This document shows positions 14,461 to 28,460 of a stretch of 64,000 bases of DNA, piece by piece. Within the stretch, counting starts at the first letter, position 1, and the number at the start of each line of letters is the position of its first letter. A model generated the notes under the pieces. That model worked only from the letters and a program-made list of their open reading frames with translations, was not told the DNA's origin and did no database searches. The stretch spans positions 65,394,313 to 65,458,312 of the forward strand of contig NC_068989.1 of NCBI RefSeq assembly GCF_001194135.2. Direction: 5' to 3'. The position numbers and the translations under genes are program-made. This stretch comes from Octopus bimaculoides (Eukaryota).

Positions 14461-15604
14461 NNNNNNNNNNNNNNNNNNNNNNNNNNNNNNNNNNNNNNNN
14501 NNNNNNNNNNNNNNNNNNNNNNNNNNNNNNNNNNNNNNNNNNNNNNNNNNNNNNNNNNNNNNNNNNNNNNNNNNNNNNNNNNNNNNNNNNNNNNNNNNNN
14601 NNNNNNNNNNNNNNNNNNNNNNNNNNNNNNNNNNNNNNNNNNNNNNNNNNNNNNNNNNNNNNNNNNNNNNNNNNNNNNNNNNNNNNNNNNNNNNNNNNNN
14701 NNNNNNNNNNNNNNNNNNNNNNNNNNNNNNNNNNNNNNNNNNNNNNNNNNNNNNNNNNTATATATATATATATATATATGCATGAGTGTGTGTGTGTGTT
14801 TGTGTGTGTGCATGTATGTGCGTGTGTACGTACCTGTGCGTGTTTGTGAGTCTGCGTGTATGCGTGTCTGCGCACGCGCTTTTGTGAGTGCCAAGTTCAA
14901 TTCTATATCCTTTCCACTGCTACCACTACTAGAGCTATTTTAGTCATGGAGAAAATGTGGCCGCCTTCCGCATAAGACACAAATGTTGTCTACTAGAGCC
15001 CCGAACCCTCTAAACGACTAACCTCAATGAAGTACGAGGTGGCTTCTCAAATTTTTCCGGAAAATTATGATTAACAGAACTTATCGATAAAGAAAACACA
15101 CATCAATCGATTGTGTAAAGCTAAAGCAATTACAACCCACTTTCAAGTAACTGGAACAAGTAAAAGGGATAAAAGAGATAATCCTGGTTACTCTATCGAT
15201 CCGTTCACAAATGCATAACCTCACACGTTTCGTAACAGACCTGCATGTTTCTCCAACACGGTTACTGCCCTTCTATTCCATTTTCATTGCAGTAACAAAT
15301 ATCCAATTCTCCCTCTCTTTCTTATCTTCTGGTTCACCTTTACTCCAGTAATTTTTCCTTATGCACTATCAATCATATCCGATAATAAACATTTTATCCT
15401 GAAGTACGCCTTTAACCGTGGCATTACACTTAACGCCAGTGCTTCTGTTCGCACTCTTCTTATTTTCAATTGTTTGTCTTTCAATTGGAAATTTTGGCAG
15501 CAATCTCTAGGATTGCTTTGGGATACGTTTTAGTTGCGCCGAAATGTTTCGAAGTTAACTTGGGACCCCAAACATCTGGATGATAGGTGCATCGTTTATT
15601 ACAT

Positions 15605-15643
<39 letters not shown>

Positions 15644-16214
15644 TTTTGTGTGTGTCTGTCTGCCTCTTTGTGTCTCTCTTTGTGTCTCTCTCTCACTCTC
15701 TCTCCCTATATATGTATATATNNNNNNNNNNNNNNNNNNNNNNNNNNNNNNNNNNNNNNNNNNNNNNNNNNNNNNNNNNNNNNNNNNNNNNNNNNNNNNN
15801 NNNNNNATATATATATATATATATATACCTAAATTACCATCTATTTATCTCTCTATCTACACATACATACACACACATACACGTATATATTCACTCACAT
15901 AAGGCAATCGTATATCGCATTTTAGCATACTGACTGCCCAGCATCTAACGTTTCATTACTTTATCTACAGCTTTGTTATCCAGATTCGGCAGAATATGAC
16001 TAAACTTTACTTCTTCTTCAGATAATTCCTTCCAAATCCTTTAAGCCAACTGCATGCTCGTCAATCAGTTAGATGATATATCACCAAGCAGTTAATTCTA
16101 TCGTATGTAATCCCAGTTTGATAAAGTGAAACAGATAGCACAATATCTTGAAAAGGAACACGTTCTTTAAAAGCTGGTAAGCTGATACCTCATGCAGTCA
16201 ATTATTTAGATGTT

Positions 16215-16259
<45 letters not shown>

Positions 16260-16325
16260 NNNNNNNNNNNNNNNNNNNNNNNNNNNNNNNNNNNNNNNNN
16301 NNNNNNNNNNNNNNNNNNNNNNNNN

Positions 16326-16366
<41 letters not shown>

Positions 16367-17177
16367 GCATACATATATATATCATCTTCATATATTAAAG
16401 TATTTAAATATATTTATATACATACATATGTATATATGTATATTCTTAGATACATACATATGTATATACATATATATTCTTATATTCATGTGTATGGATA
16501 TAAATACCTATATATATACACTCACTAATTCATATACGTATACATGTATATACACATGTGTGTTCGTGTGTCTGAGTGTGTGTGTATCTATGTATGTGTG
16601 TCTCTGTGTGTGAGTGAGAGAGAGAACACATATTGATTGTAGATTACAAATTACAAGGGAACCGTTTGCACAGAAAATATATATATAAGAAATGTCAATA
16701 GAAATTATTATAGTACACTGTTGAAAAATACAGATGTACATATATCGTCTATTCCTGTTTGGTTTCTCTAATTTTTTTTCTTTTAGAAAGAACTACAATC
16801 TAGGTAGCTATAGTTGAAAATTGCTCTCAAGTTTTTGCATTACTCTCTACCTTATCGTTGAAATGGTTTCGTTGCCGAATTTCAGCTAAAGCATTGATGT
16901 CTAAATTAAAAGATTTATGCCCTCTGATCCACATGTTACATTAAAATTAATCTCTATCTTCTCTTACATCTACAAACTATAAAGGAATGTAAGTGTTGAT
17001 GTAGGAACGTTAACAAGAGAAATGAAATATTTACTGAAATTCCCAAGATGCACTACAGGCATCTATATTTTATACGTGGGTTCGATTTGCCTTAGTTTCA
17101 CGTATATCCTTTTAGTTTTCCCTTTTTGCATCGCGTGTGTGCGTTCCCTACTACTCCTTGGCAGTCATTGTTGGTTT

Positions 17178-17335
17178 ATGTCCCCGCAACTTAGCAGTCC
17201 GGTAAAAAAGATACGATAGAATAAGTGATAGGTTTTAAAAATAAGTCCTGTGGTTGATTCTTTCAACTAATTCCTTGAAAGCGGTGTCCCAGCATGGTTT
17301 CATTCGAATGCTTGAAACCAGTAAAAGTAAAAGAT
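17178..17335 (+). mobile_element. SINE family 2, 3' half
   Basis: gtccccgcaacttagc...gatagaataag...aataagtcctg...cagcatgg matches the family. Confidence 0.6.
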
Positions 17336-19175
17336 ATAAATGATATGTATATCGACTCACACCTCTCCCTGCTATGTATTGTCATATTTTCATATTCTGT
17401 GTCTATATGGAATTCGGAAAGATAATATGATATACTATCTCTATTGACGGAGAGAGAAAAAGCAGATTGGCAAGCTGATAGAGTGTAGTTATAGAATTAA
17501 AGCATCGGCTAAATGTAGCTGTCAATTTCTCTTCTTATGAGATCCCACTTCGGATAAAGTATCCTTTAAATTACATATGATAATTTTGTTTCTATATGTC
17601 ACGCTAGTGCATGTCTAAGTGAGTGCATGGCAATGACTAGTTTATGGACGAATATAGAACAATATTTTCAACACAAGCGGCATTTTTGTGTATAGATAAG
17701 ACTAAAATACAAGAGGAATATTTCTGATGTGTCTACAGTAAAGATTTTGTATTTTGGGAGGATCATTACACCAATAATAAACACGTACTAATTCAATTTC
17801 ACGTTATTACTAGTCAATTGGCAAGTTATTTATCATCCAACTAATCGATCATTTGCTCAATAAATCCATGAAAGAATCAATAAGTTTTATCTGAAATTCC
17901 TTTCTATGCCATTTGCCATCTCATCTATGAGATGCTCTCTCTCTCCTCCGTGTCTGCTTCAAATCAACAAGCAATTCATAAGTTATGTAAAATCTGAACC
18001 GAACATTTTTATATTTTCCTAAGTGCAATGATTACTTGGTTTGTCGTTCGTTTTAACTTGAAATCAGAGTAGAAACCACATTACATCTTCTTCTCTTCAT
18101 TTCATATTAAACCTTGATCGAGCAAAGGAATGCCCAATGACATTCCAAAGTATGACAGTTCTACGTGTTTGGGTGTATGTAGAACTATATATGTCACTTT
18201 TATTTTGTAAGTTTATCGGATTAGATTTGTGATGGGTTTCGCTGTTACTTTTTACAAGCGCAGCGACTGTTTAGAAGTTATTTCTTTGCTTCGTAGTCTC
18301 GTAACGCCTTGGTTTATAGGTTTAGTTAATTACATTGCCCATTATCGTCTTCTGGCATTAATATTCTTTCATGTCAACGATTCCAACGAATAAATTTGTA
18401 GTAAGAGATTCAATATTCCATCACTTACTTCAGTTGAGTTTAATAAAACAATTTGCTTTATTACTTTTCAGTAAATACGTACGTGACTTCCTGTCTGTGA
18501 ATTTCTTGAATTGATAATTTTTTTTTTTGTTTTGCGGTGGAGATGGTGATATTTTAGTACATGAATACAAAATCCAATGATGACTCTTCATATAGCATTC
18601 CTTTATTTTTTATTATATATGTATATTTCTTGTTAGGAAGAGTTTACAGACTGGATAATACTGTGGAACCGTGTAATGTTTACTTTTATCGCAGTATTCC
18701 TTTGTTTGGCAATGACTTAATTCCGAAGCACTGGAAATCGCAGTTGATATTACTTCTACACTATTTAGATTCGACAAAGAATCAATACTGCAATATTTGA
18801 TGGTACATTGTTGCGTTATACAATACACAATGTGCTAGATATACTTGTTTATTTTCAATTCTTCATCTTGATTTTATCTGCGTATTTCATAGTTTGTTGA
18901 AATATTCACAGCATTTTTTCATTTATGCGTACAAGATGTATGCACACCTGCATATACGCATACACAGACATACGCACACGCACACGTGTGTGTATCTGTG
19001 TACATGTGTGTGTCTATACAAAAGGCTGAATAAACAAACGAACTGCAGTAGCATTCAACACGTACATCTTGAAAGACATATCTTCACGTCAACAAGAATT
19101 CAAGTAACACGAGAAACTAAGTCAACCTCTTACTCAGTACACTCACACGCACACATACAGACACAAACACACACA

Positions 19176-19214
<39 letters not shown>

Positions 19215-21698
19215 GCACATATATATATTGCACACACATACACATACATATATATGTATGTATGTATGTATGCACGATCTTATAAACGACGTACTATGTG
19301 CCTATATCATATACTTATATAAAATATGTACGAACTGGATTTGATACGACAATTTACGATTTGTGAGAAGTATAACCCTATAAACTGAGTACAGTGGAAA
19401 AAGTGTCTCTCAGTTTTCCATTTCAAGATTACTTGATTATTTATATTTAGCCAGTTATAATCTGGTACTGTAAGGCTGCTTCCGAATGTAAATGAAATAT
19501 GTAAGAAAGTGATATTGGTTAGTCCAAAGTTAGCAGTGGTCAAGTAGAACCATGATCAAAGGTATTCAAGCCGTGACTAACCTTTATTTTTAGACGCATT
19601 TTATTACCAAATGCATTATTCAATATGTCGTTCCTTTTTATTAGGTCTTTATTTGATCTTGTTTTATTGTCATTCGCATCGGAAGTCACTAATAATGTAA
19701 GTAATTTCATAGTTTCACGTTAGTCATTATTTACAATCGCTTCAATCACTCCACAGGTATTAGGCTTATAAGAATAATAGATCAATAGTTGATAGGGTGA
19801 ATACGACTTTGTCGGTTGAAGCAGGAACCTTTCATAGCACAAACACAGTAAGTGTTAGTATAGACAGCGTCATATTCAACCTCTTCAGACCTGAACATCA
19901 GAAAATATAGTTGCACTTGACAGCTTTGAATACGATGTATTAAGAAAAGTAATTGAGATGTAAGAGACTTGTTTAGACACTTCGGCTCAGGAATATTGAC
20001 TACCTTGAAGACTGGCATATAAGAGTAAAATTATTTACGGTTTATTCACGATTTATACCGCAAAAATACGGAATACTGAATAATGTCTTTCTTACATACT
20101 GCTCTACTGAATAATGTCTTTCTTACATATTGCTGTAAATAATCTGGCCATATATATGTTGGAAAATATTTCTTCAAACGACATAGTCCTGTGATATTAT
20201 ATGTGCTTGGTTTCTATGGCATAGCTTATAATTGTTCAAATGAAGTCATTAACTAAGGTATTCAAAGTTTGTTTGTTTATTCTGAATGTTTCTTCCCATT
20301 GGTTGAAATAATTTCAGAGTTGACGTGTAACTTGATTTAAGTGCATGCGTGGAAAGGGTTAGAACTGCATCAGTTGTTAGGTGGCAGGTATGTGGCAAAA
20401 CGTTTTTGTACTTCATGAAATTTATATAAATTTAAATTGAATTTAGCAACTTTGTGTGTTATTTAATAAATGGAATGACCCCTTCACGGTGTAGTTGCTG
20501 TTATATTTTTTCCTATTTCAAAACGTCATAAATCATCATTAATATTTTCAAATTTAAATTGTATTATAATCTGCGATAAACTTAAAAAAACTATATCTGA
20601 CAGATAAAGATTTATCATTCTACTTGTGAATTTGATAAATAATAAAATGATGAATGCGTCTCTTTTGACTTCACAAAGAAACAACAATTACTTGCAAGAA
20701 ACATCAGCTAGAATTAAAAAAATCAAAAGATGAAAAGCACTTCTGAAAATATTTATTAGATCCTCCATTGATGTAATACCGTTTCAGTAACTCAAAAATT
20801 CACACCATTTCATCAAAGCTATAAGTCTCTAACATAGTTTACAATAAATATTTGTTTTACTTATTTTAGTATATAATTAAAAATCGATAAACAATTTTCG
20901 CTTGTTTAGCAATGTGTAAAACAGAGAAAGCAAGCGGAAACCTAATACTTCAAGGATCCAAATACTTTTAAATGTATAGATGTTAGGACAAAAAAAAAAA
21001 AAATCACAGAAACAAAAATTTTTTTAAAAATTATTAAATGATTTATAGAAAATAAGTTTCAGAATGTTTTTAGATTACAACATTCCCTTGGAGGTGTTTA
21101 GAAATAATTCAAAGAATTTCGTACGAAACTTTCGTGCATGACAACAGATTTTTCTGCGTTTAAAATATATTTTGAAAAATAACAAATAACTGGTTAATTT
21201 AAACAAGTTTTCTGATTGATATTCCTGGTTCGAGGGAAACAAACTTGCTTTTATTATATGATCTAAATTATAAATATCCCTAAATAATATCTGTTTTCAA
21301 ATCCTCAAGCTGATTTTCATAATACTATTATTTCTTTTATGTCAAATTTCACGTAATTTTCTAATTTACATCTTTGCCCTAAGTCAAGTAAAGACACAAC
21401 AAAATGGCTCCCATAGAATTGATGAACGAAAACAGAAAATATTCTATAAAGAAATGTAGTTATGTTATAAAGTTTGGTAAATATTATTACGGCTCTTTTC
21501 ATTTTTCGTTCCCTTCGAGTAAACGTAATTATGTTAACTATATAAAATAACACGCTTTTGGGGAGATTTGAAGTTGTCCAGCTTCAATATCAACTGTTCA
21601 AATCCCTACATTTAGAATTTCGAGTGCGCAGTTAATTTGTGTCTTTGAGACGTATAACTCTTAATATATCTAGTGTCTTTCTCTTTATATCTATTTAG

Positions 21699-21751
<53 letters not shown>

Positions 21752-22220
21752 TTCATATCTATCTATCTGTCTGGCTGTCTGCCTGCCTACTTGTCTGCCT
21801 GTCTGCCTGCGTGCCTCTCTGTCTGTCTGTCTGTCTGTCTCCCCCTCTCTCTCTCTCTATCTGTGTGTGTGTGTCTGTAAGTCTGTGTGTGTTTGTGTCT
21901 GTTTGTGTGTGTTTGTATGTATGTATATATTACCATCATCTTTTAACGTTCATGTTCTATGTTAGTAAGCGCACTTTGGCAGAATTGTTAATACGATAGC
22001 TTCGCAAATATACGATCGCGGTGTCAACTTCACAACATGTAATTTTGGGCAAATGTCCTCGAGTTTAGAGGTTTAACAATTCATAACCATATATAGTGAG
22101 AAAAATAGTTTCAAAGAAACTGTACGGAACTTCATGTGATGAACTGTACCTGGTATGCAAGTTATAGCTTAGTCATATACTGTGTCACACACACATGTAT
22201 ACACGTGTATATATATATAT

Positions 22221-22251
<31 letters not shown>

Positions 22252-22829
22252 CACACACATATATACACACAATCATACATATATATAGAAATATATATAT
22301 GTAGACATGCATCTTCATATATAGACACAGACACAGACACAGACAGACATACACGCTCACACACATACACACACACTCATATATATACATACATTTACAC
22401 ATATATCTATATACAGTATATATATACTGTATAAACACTGATTCTGCCTGACAATTGCATTAAGTCAATACGTATCTGGGGAACGCTCAGCCAGTGCCAT
22501 ATTAATTCAAAGGTACATCATTTTGTTAATCAAACTAGTGAATCTTCCTCTTCGAACAGAAGAGATGATACATACATATGCTTGGACGAAGTATTAGTTT
22601 ATCAATTGTTATAACTAGGAAGAGGTGTCTAGAAGTGCTGAATTTCATCCTGCTTAGCTACAACTTTTTTCTTGTCATCTTCTTTAATTCGAGGAGGGAA
22701 CCACCACGTGGATATACGGACATACGACCAAGTCCCTGTCAAAACACTTCATACTCTCTTTCAAATATTGCAAGAACATACTTGGTACTATATTCTTGAA
22801 CATATTATTATTGAACAAAGGAAGGTAGA

Positions 22830-22990
22830 AAGCTGGCAAAAACTTAGGACGTGTTCAAATTCCGACGAAGTCGAATTTGCCTTTCATCTTTTCAGGGTCG
22901 ATAAAATAAGTACCAGTTGAACATTGAAGTCGATGTAATCGACTTACCCCCTCCACCAAAATTGTTGGCCGTGTGCCAAACTTTAAAACC
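22830..22990 (+). mobile_element. SINE family 3
   Basis: gttcaaattccgacgaagtcgaatttgcctttcatc...taagtaccagttg...gtaatcgacttacccc. Confidence 0.7.
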
Positions 22991-25900
22991 ATTATTATTG
23001 AATAGACGCCGAAATTATGCCGCCTGAACAGTTTCTGTCATACGTTTAATCAGTCACCTCCTGGCTGGTACTACAAAAAGGGAAGCACATATATTCGTTT
23101 TACTTTGATGTGATTAGCATATACACATCATATATATTAGGACTATACTCATCATTGGTAAACTTGTCAATTCATAATTAAATTAAAAATTAATGGTAAT
23201 AAAATATTCGGTAGGGTAAAGTAAAACGCACAAATACATTTATGGCTATAACTTACTACTTTGCATAGCAAAACGCTATTTTTAGTTTAGTTCGCTACTG
23301 TTAAACCTCTAAATAAACATTGTATAAACAAACTATTGTCTGTAACGTAAAAAATTACACCTGCTAATATTTAGTACTTTGTAAAGTGTTTTGCATTCAA
23401 ATACAATTTTGAGATTAAACGCGTTAAATCTTCGTTATGACTGCAAGATTTCAGTATTTCACAGTTGAACATGGATAATACTTCAACGATTTTTGGAAAA
23501 GGTTTAAATTATGGATGATATATTTAAGAAATGAACCTGTTGAAAGCTATGACATAATTTCAACTTTTTTAACTAAATATCTTAACCATCCGCATGTATA
23601 TGCGGCTAAGACTTTCTCGTATCCTCCAAGATTGGGTAAAATACCGGAAAATAACAAGAAGTATCAACTACAGTTCATCAGACGGTCTTTCGAAGAACTT
23701 CTATCAACTCAGTTTTCCTCACAATGCTTGTTTGGAATCCAGGTTATCGTAAAATATTAAACACTTACCTAATACGTTACATAATAGGAACGAACTCAGA
23801 AGCATGCTTTTGTGGGGCAAGTTTCTCAAATACGCGCCTTTACCCTGCGCAGCCTTACAGCAAACGTAGCTTATTAGATTATCGGATTTCGTTTTCTTAA
23901 GCCCATATATTTGTTGATTTCTCTTCTGTTTATTCTGTTTATTTTATTCTGTGCCAAGAAAATTGCAGTCATATAAACAAAATAATTTGGAAGCACAAAT
24001 GCCCTTCAACTTCCTTATGTTCCAATAGTAGCAAAGGTCTAACATTGATTGTCGTTCCTGTTTAGCAATTTCTACATATATTCAACAAATCAGTTTGCCA
24101 GTAAACTCTCTTGATGCTGTTTAGTTCCACTAGTGATCTATGCTTTATTGTTTTGTTTTTACGCTCCATGTTTTGAGATATAATAACATTAGATACTTTC
24201 CTTCTTGACTTCAGTCCTCTGATACATTCCTAGCATCTATTTCTGGCAGCAAAAATCTTTGATAAAATGAGATTATCGACTGAGCAATCTATCTATCTAC
24301 ATATTAATGNNNNNNNNNNNNNNNNNNNNNNNNNNNNNNNNNNNNNNNNNNNNNNNNNNNNNNNNNNNNNNNNNNNNNNNNNNNNNNNNNNNNNNNNNNN
24401 NNNNNNNNNNNNNNNNNNNNNNNNNNNNNNNNNNNNNNNNNNNNNNNNNNNNNNNNNNNNNNNNNNNNNNNNNNNNNNNNNNNNNNNNNNNNNNNNNNNN
24501 NNNNNNNNNNNNNNNNNNNNNNNNNNNNNNNNNNNNNNNNNNNNNNNNNNNNNNNNNNNNNNNNNNNNNNNNNNNNNNNNNNNNNNNNNNNNNNNNNNNN
24601 NNNNNNNNNNNNNNNNNNNNNNNNNNNATATATATATATATATATATATACGTATATATATAAATATGTATGTATGTGTGTATGTGTGTAAATATATATA
24701 TATATTTGTATGCATGCATTATGTATGTATGTATGTATGTATGTATGTATGTAGCTACCTCTCTCTCAGTCTATATTTCACCCTTTCTTTTCCTTTTATG
24801 TTTTCTCTGCTCCCTCTCGCATCCTCCGTACAACAGATGTGAGTGTATGTGCGTGTATGTGTGCGCGTTCGTGTATGTGTATGTGTGTGTGTGTTTGTTC
24901 GTACATGTATGTTGCTATATTTATGCGTTTGCCTATGTATGTACGCACATTGTAACAATACATAGTGTCCTAGTTTCCCCAAATATCAATATGTAAGAGG
25001 CGTAATATAAATCAATGAAAACATCGTAAATTATGTTATACACTATTGTCGGTAATTGAAACAATATTCTCTGATCATTTTTTATTGAACAACTCATTTA
25101 GTTATTTGCTGTTATTATTATATCTCATTCTCCCATATTATTAACGCGATACCGATGTTTATGAGACAAACATTATTCGTGAAACCGCTTTGGTTTTAGC
25201 GTCGTTATGAATTGCTCTTATCATTGTTATATCTTAGTAATTTTCTTAAGATAACTTACTGCGTTCGACTAAGTAAAATATATCGTTTTTGGTTTATAGA
25301 TTCCTGACGTATGTTTGTTGGTGTTTTTGCTTTGTTTGTCTCTCACTTATTGTGTCTGTTCCGAAGAATTATTTTCGCTTCCACGGATATACATATGCTC
25401 GATAGATGACAGAAAAAGGTAGAGAGATGTAATTATTGTGAGAGAAATAGGAATAAAAAAAGCGTAAATGAGAGGAGAGGGCTTGTGCATGCATTACGAA
25501 TAGTATGGAAGATTAAAGGTAAAATTAAAAAACAGAAACAGGTAAACAACGAATAATAGCGAAAAAGAAAGAAGAAACAACGAAAGAATGAAAAATCCGA
25601 AGAACGAGAACATGAAAGAATATTTTGAAATATAAAGGAAGATGAATGGTTTGTTTAATTTAGAAAGGAAATAGAACTCTTAGAAATCACTAAGCTCAAA
25701 ATCGAAATTATTTGAAGACAATAGATGGTGAGAGAAAACTTTGTATCTTAATCTTTTTGAATAAACCCCATAGAATAAGCTTAACACGATAGCTGTAATC
25801 CATTAATTCGCCATTCATTTGCTACTGCTGCGGCTGTTGTTTTTGTTGCTATATAACCATAGGTCAGCTGTGATTGAGTAGTCCTATAGGATGCTGGCAA

Positions 25901-26499
25901 TCAACCGAACGACCACATGTGACATACAAATATATTATTATTTTTAGAAACTTGCTACAGATTCAAAAATGCTTGAGGTATATTCGAACTGGCAAAAGAG
26001 TCATTCGCTGTAATTTGCCATGGAGAAAATCACTTGCTTAGTAAAAATAGGTGTAAATACACCGAGTTAGTTCACAGAGCTCCCTAACTCTTGGATGCAT
26101 GCATTTCGGAGTGATTCTCTTCTCCTCAGCATCAAAGACCGGAAAGGCAGACGCTGTGAACTGACACGAGAAACATGTCACTCTCATGGTATTCCCGTCA
26201 TCGTTCAATGACTGTTTGTGCTATTCGGCGGCTCGCCGTAAATAAAATGCGTAGTGACCACGCTAAGTGGTGATGTGTATAAATACACTTGTTACCAGTT
26301 TCGAATATGACTGAGGCTCATACGAATGCATATGAAAGTCGTTCACTATTTTGTCAGGGGGAAAAAATTCTCACAGTAGACAAATAAATATAAATACTCC
26401 GAGTCAGTTGACAGCGAACCCTGGCCATATTAGTTTCTTGATCCGCAACTAGTGTGGAGCTGTTGGTAATGCGAAGCCTCCCAACTTTGTTTACATAAG

Positions 26500-28050
26500 C
26501 AAAATACCTTTCGGGACAGAATAATTTTTTATATTTATCTGGAATTTAGCATTTTAGAGTTACAAGCAAGTGATTAGGAGGTACAAACAAGTAGCCTCAA
26601 GAGTAAATGTCGTATTTGGAAGTCTTACAAGTTGTATACTTTCCTTTTATAGTTTACACAATCTCTCCTTTGAATATTTTTTGTGGTCTGGAAGTGACCT
26701 GGTCTCAGTTTTGTTAGTTATTGGAGGGCCTATATGTATCCATTTTCTTCTAGTGTTGCGGAAAAGAAGTGGATTTGGTGGTTACTAATTTATGCCAGTT
26801 GATGGCGGGCACATTTCTATATAGATTAAGAGTGGAGATAGTTGAGCTTCAGTTTCTGAAGAAGGAGGAGAGATGTGGGTGTGATGTCATCTGCGTATAA
26901 GTCTGTCTCTACATGTTTGCTTGAGATTTCTATTTTAGTTTACTGTATCAGTTGGAAGGAAGAGTGCAAACCGTGCGTACGTTTTGTCTTGTGTTTCTGT
27001 ATCTTTTGTATGAAGATTTGGTGACTGATCCTTCTGGTCAATGTTTGAGAAAAGCATTCAATCTGCGTTAGTGTGATTATGTTATACCAAGTTGCTATTA
27101 TTATGACATGCTCTATAGTGTGACCGTTGCTGATCGCGATGCTTCATCTTTCCATTGTAAGTATTGTGATGTATGTTGGTTACAATTAATTGACAATTTT
27201 CTCGCCTTGTATTATCCATTTTTTGTTGTTTCCTTATGGAGTTCTTTCATACCGAGTTTGATATTGGTTGTGGATAGTTCTGATATAGACGAGGATATCT
27301 CTAGGAATATTTTAGGCGTGAAGGGTTTTGATGCAGCTTAGGCTCTCTCTAGATTTATTTCGCTTACAGGTTGTCATAAGGAGATGCAGATGCTTCTTGT
27401 TTTATTTCACTTATTGATACTAAAGGTGTCTATAACTATTTTTTTGACATTTCTAGTTGCAGAAATATATCTGTCCGGATATTTTTGGTGTTTATGAATT
27501 TGTTTCTTGATTGAATTCCTTTCATTATGAATTTTGACAATTTGTACAAAGAATTTTCACTATCTTGAATAATTTGTGAATGTTCCGTGATAATAACAGT
27601 TAGGTGGTTCGAAAAAGGTAAGGAACATATTTGCCAGGGAGTTGAGGTAGTGAGTGTGGAACTGAACGTGTTATCTTAAAGAAGAATTGTAGTAGTAAGT
27701 TTTGTGAAGCATGTAAGTGCATATTGGTTGGGGACGGTAGAGCATGACCTCTGTTATTATCTGTAGTATTTGAAAACCAGAAATTTTTGAATGTATTGCT
27801 GTCCTCCTCCTTTTGGTGATTGTGATGTATTAGGTGTCTGTGTTACGTAGTGGATCGGTTTATGAGGTCGACGGTGCTGAAAGTTTGTTAATTATATTAA
27901 TACTCTTCGAGTTGGTGCTGGTGGCGTTTAGTTTGAATGCCTGAGTTTCTTGTGTAGTGTCCGGGTCTATTAGTTTACGAATACCGTACATTGAATGATA
28001 GCTGTTACGTATGTCTTGGTGGTTGTGTTGTAAATAAATCGATAAACATT
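26500..28050 (-). mobile_element. APE-endonuclease plus RT LINE remnant, heavily decayed and internally deleted
   Basis: Minus strand gives SMYGIRKLI..QET (QET at 27944-27952), a GGG motif near 27810 and the catalytic LYADD at 26886-26900, with many stops. Confidence 0.65.
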
Positions 28051-28260
28051 TATAGAGGACGTGGGAAAATAATGTCTTTGTGTCTATATTTGTTTGCGTG
28101 TGCATCTTATGTAAACATGAAGTAAGTTGTATTCGTATATTTGTGAAACCCTCAAATGTTTGTCTATCTAATTATATCTCAACACGTGTGAATACACATA
28201 TCACCGTTTCAAAATATGTTTATATCTATAGATTTCTATCTATCTGTCCATTCACCTATC

Positions 28261-28312
<52 letters not shown>

Positions 28313-28460
28313 GTCTGTCTGTCTGTCTGTCTGTCTGTATGTCTCTCTCTCTCTCTCTCTACCTCCCTGTATATACGTGTGTGTGTATATATATATATAA
28401 ATATATATATATGTGTGTGTGTGTATGTAGCACGAACAGACCCTAGGGGTCAGCCACACT

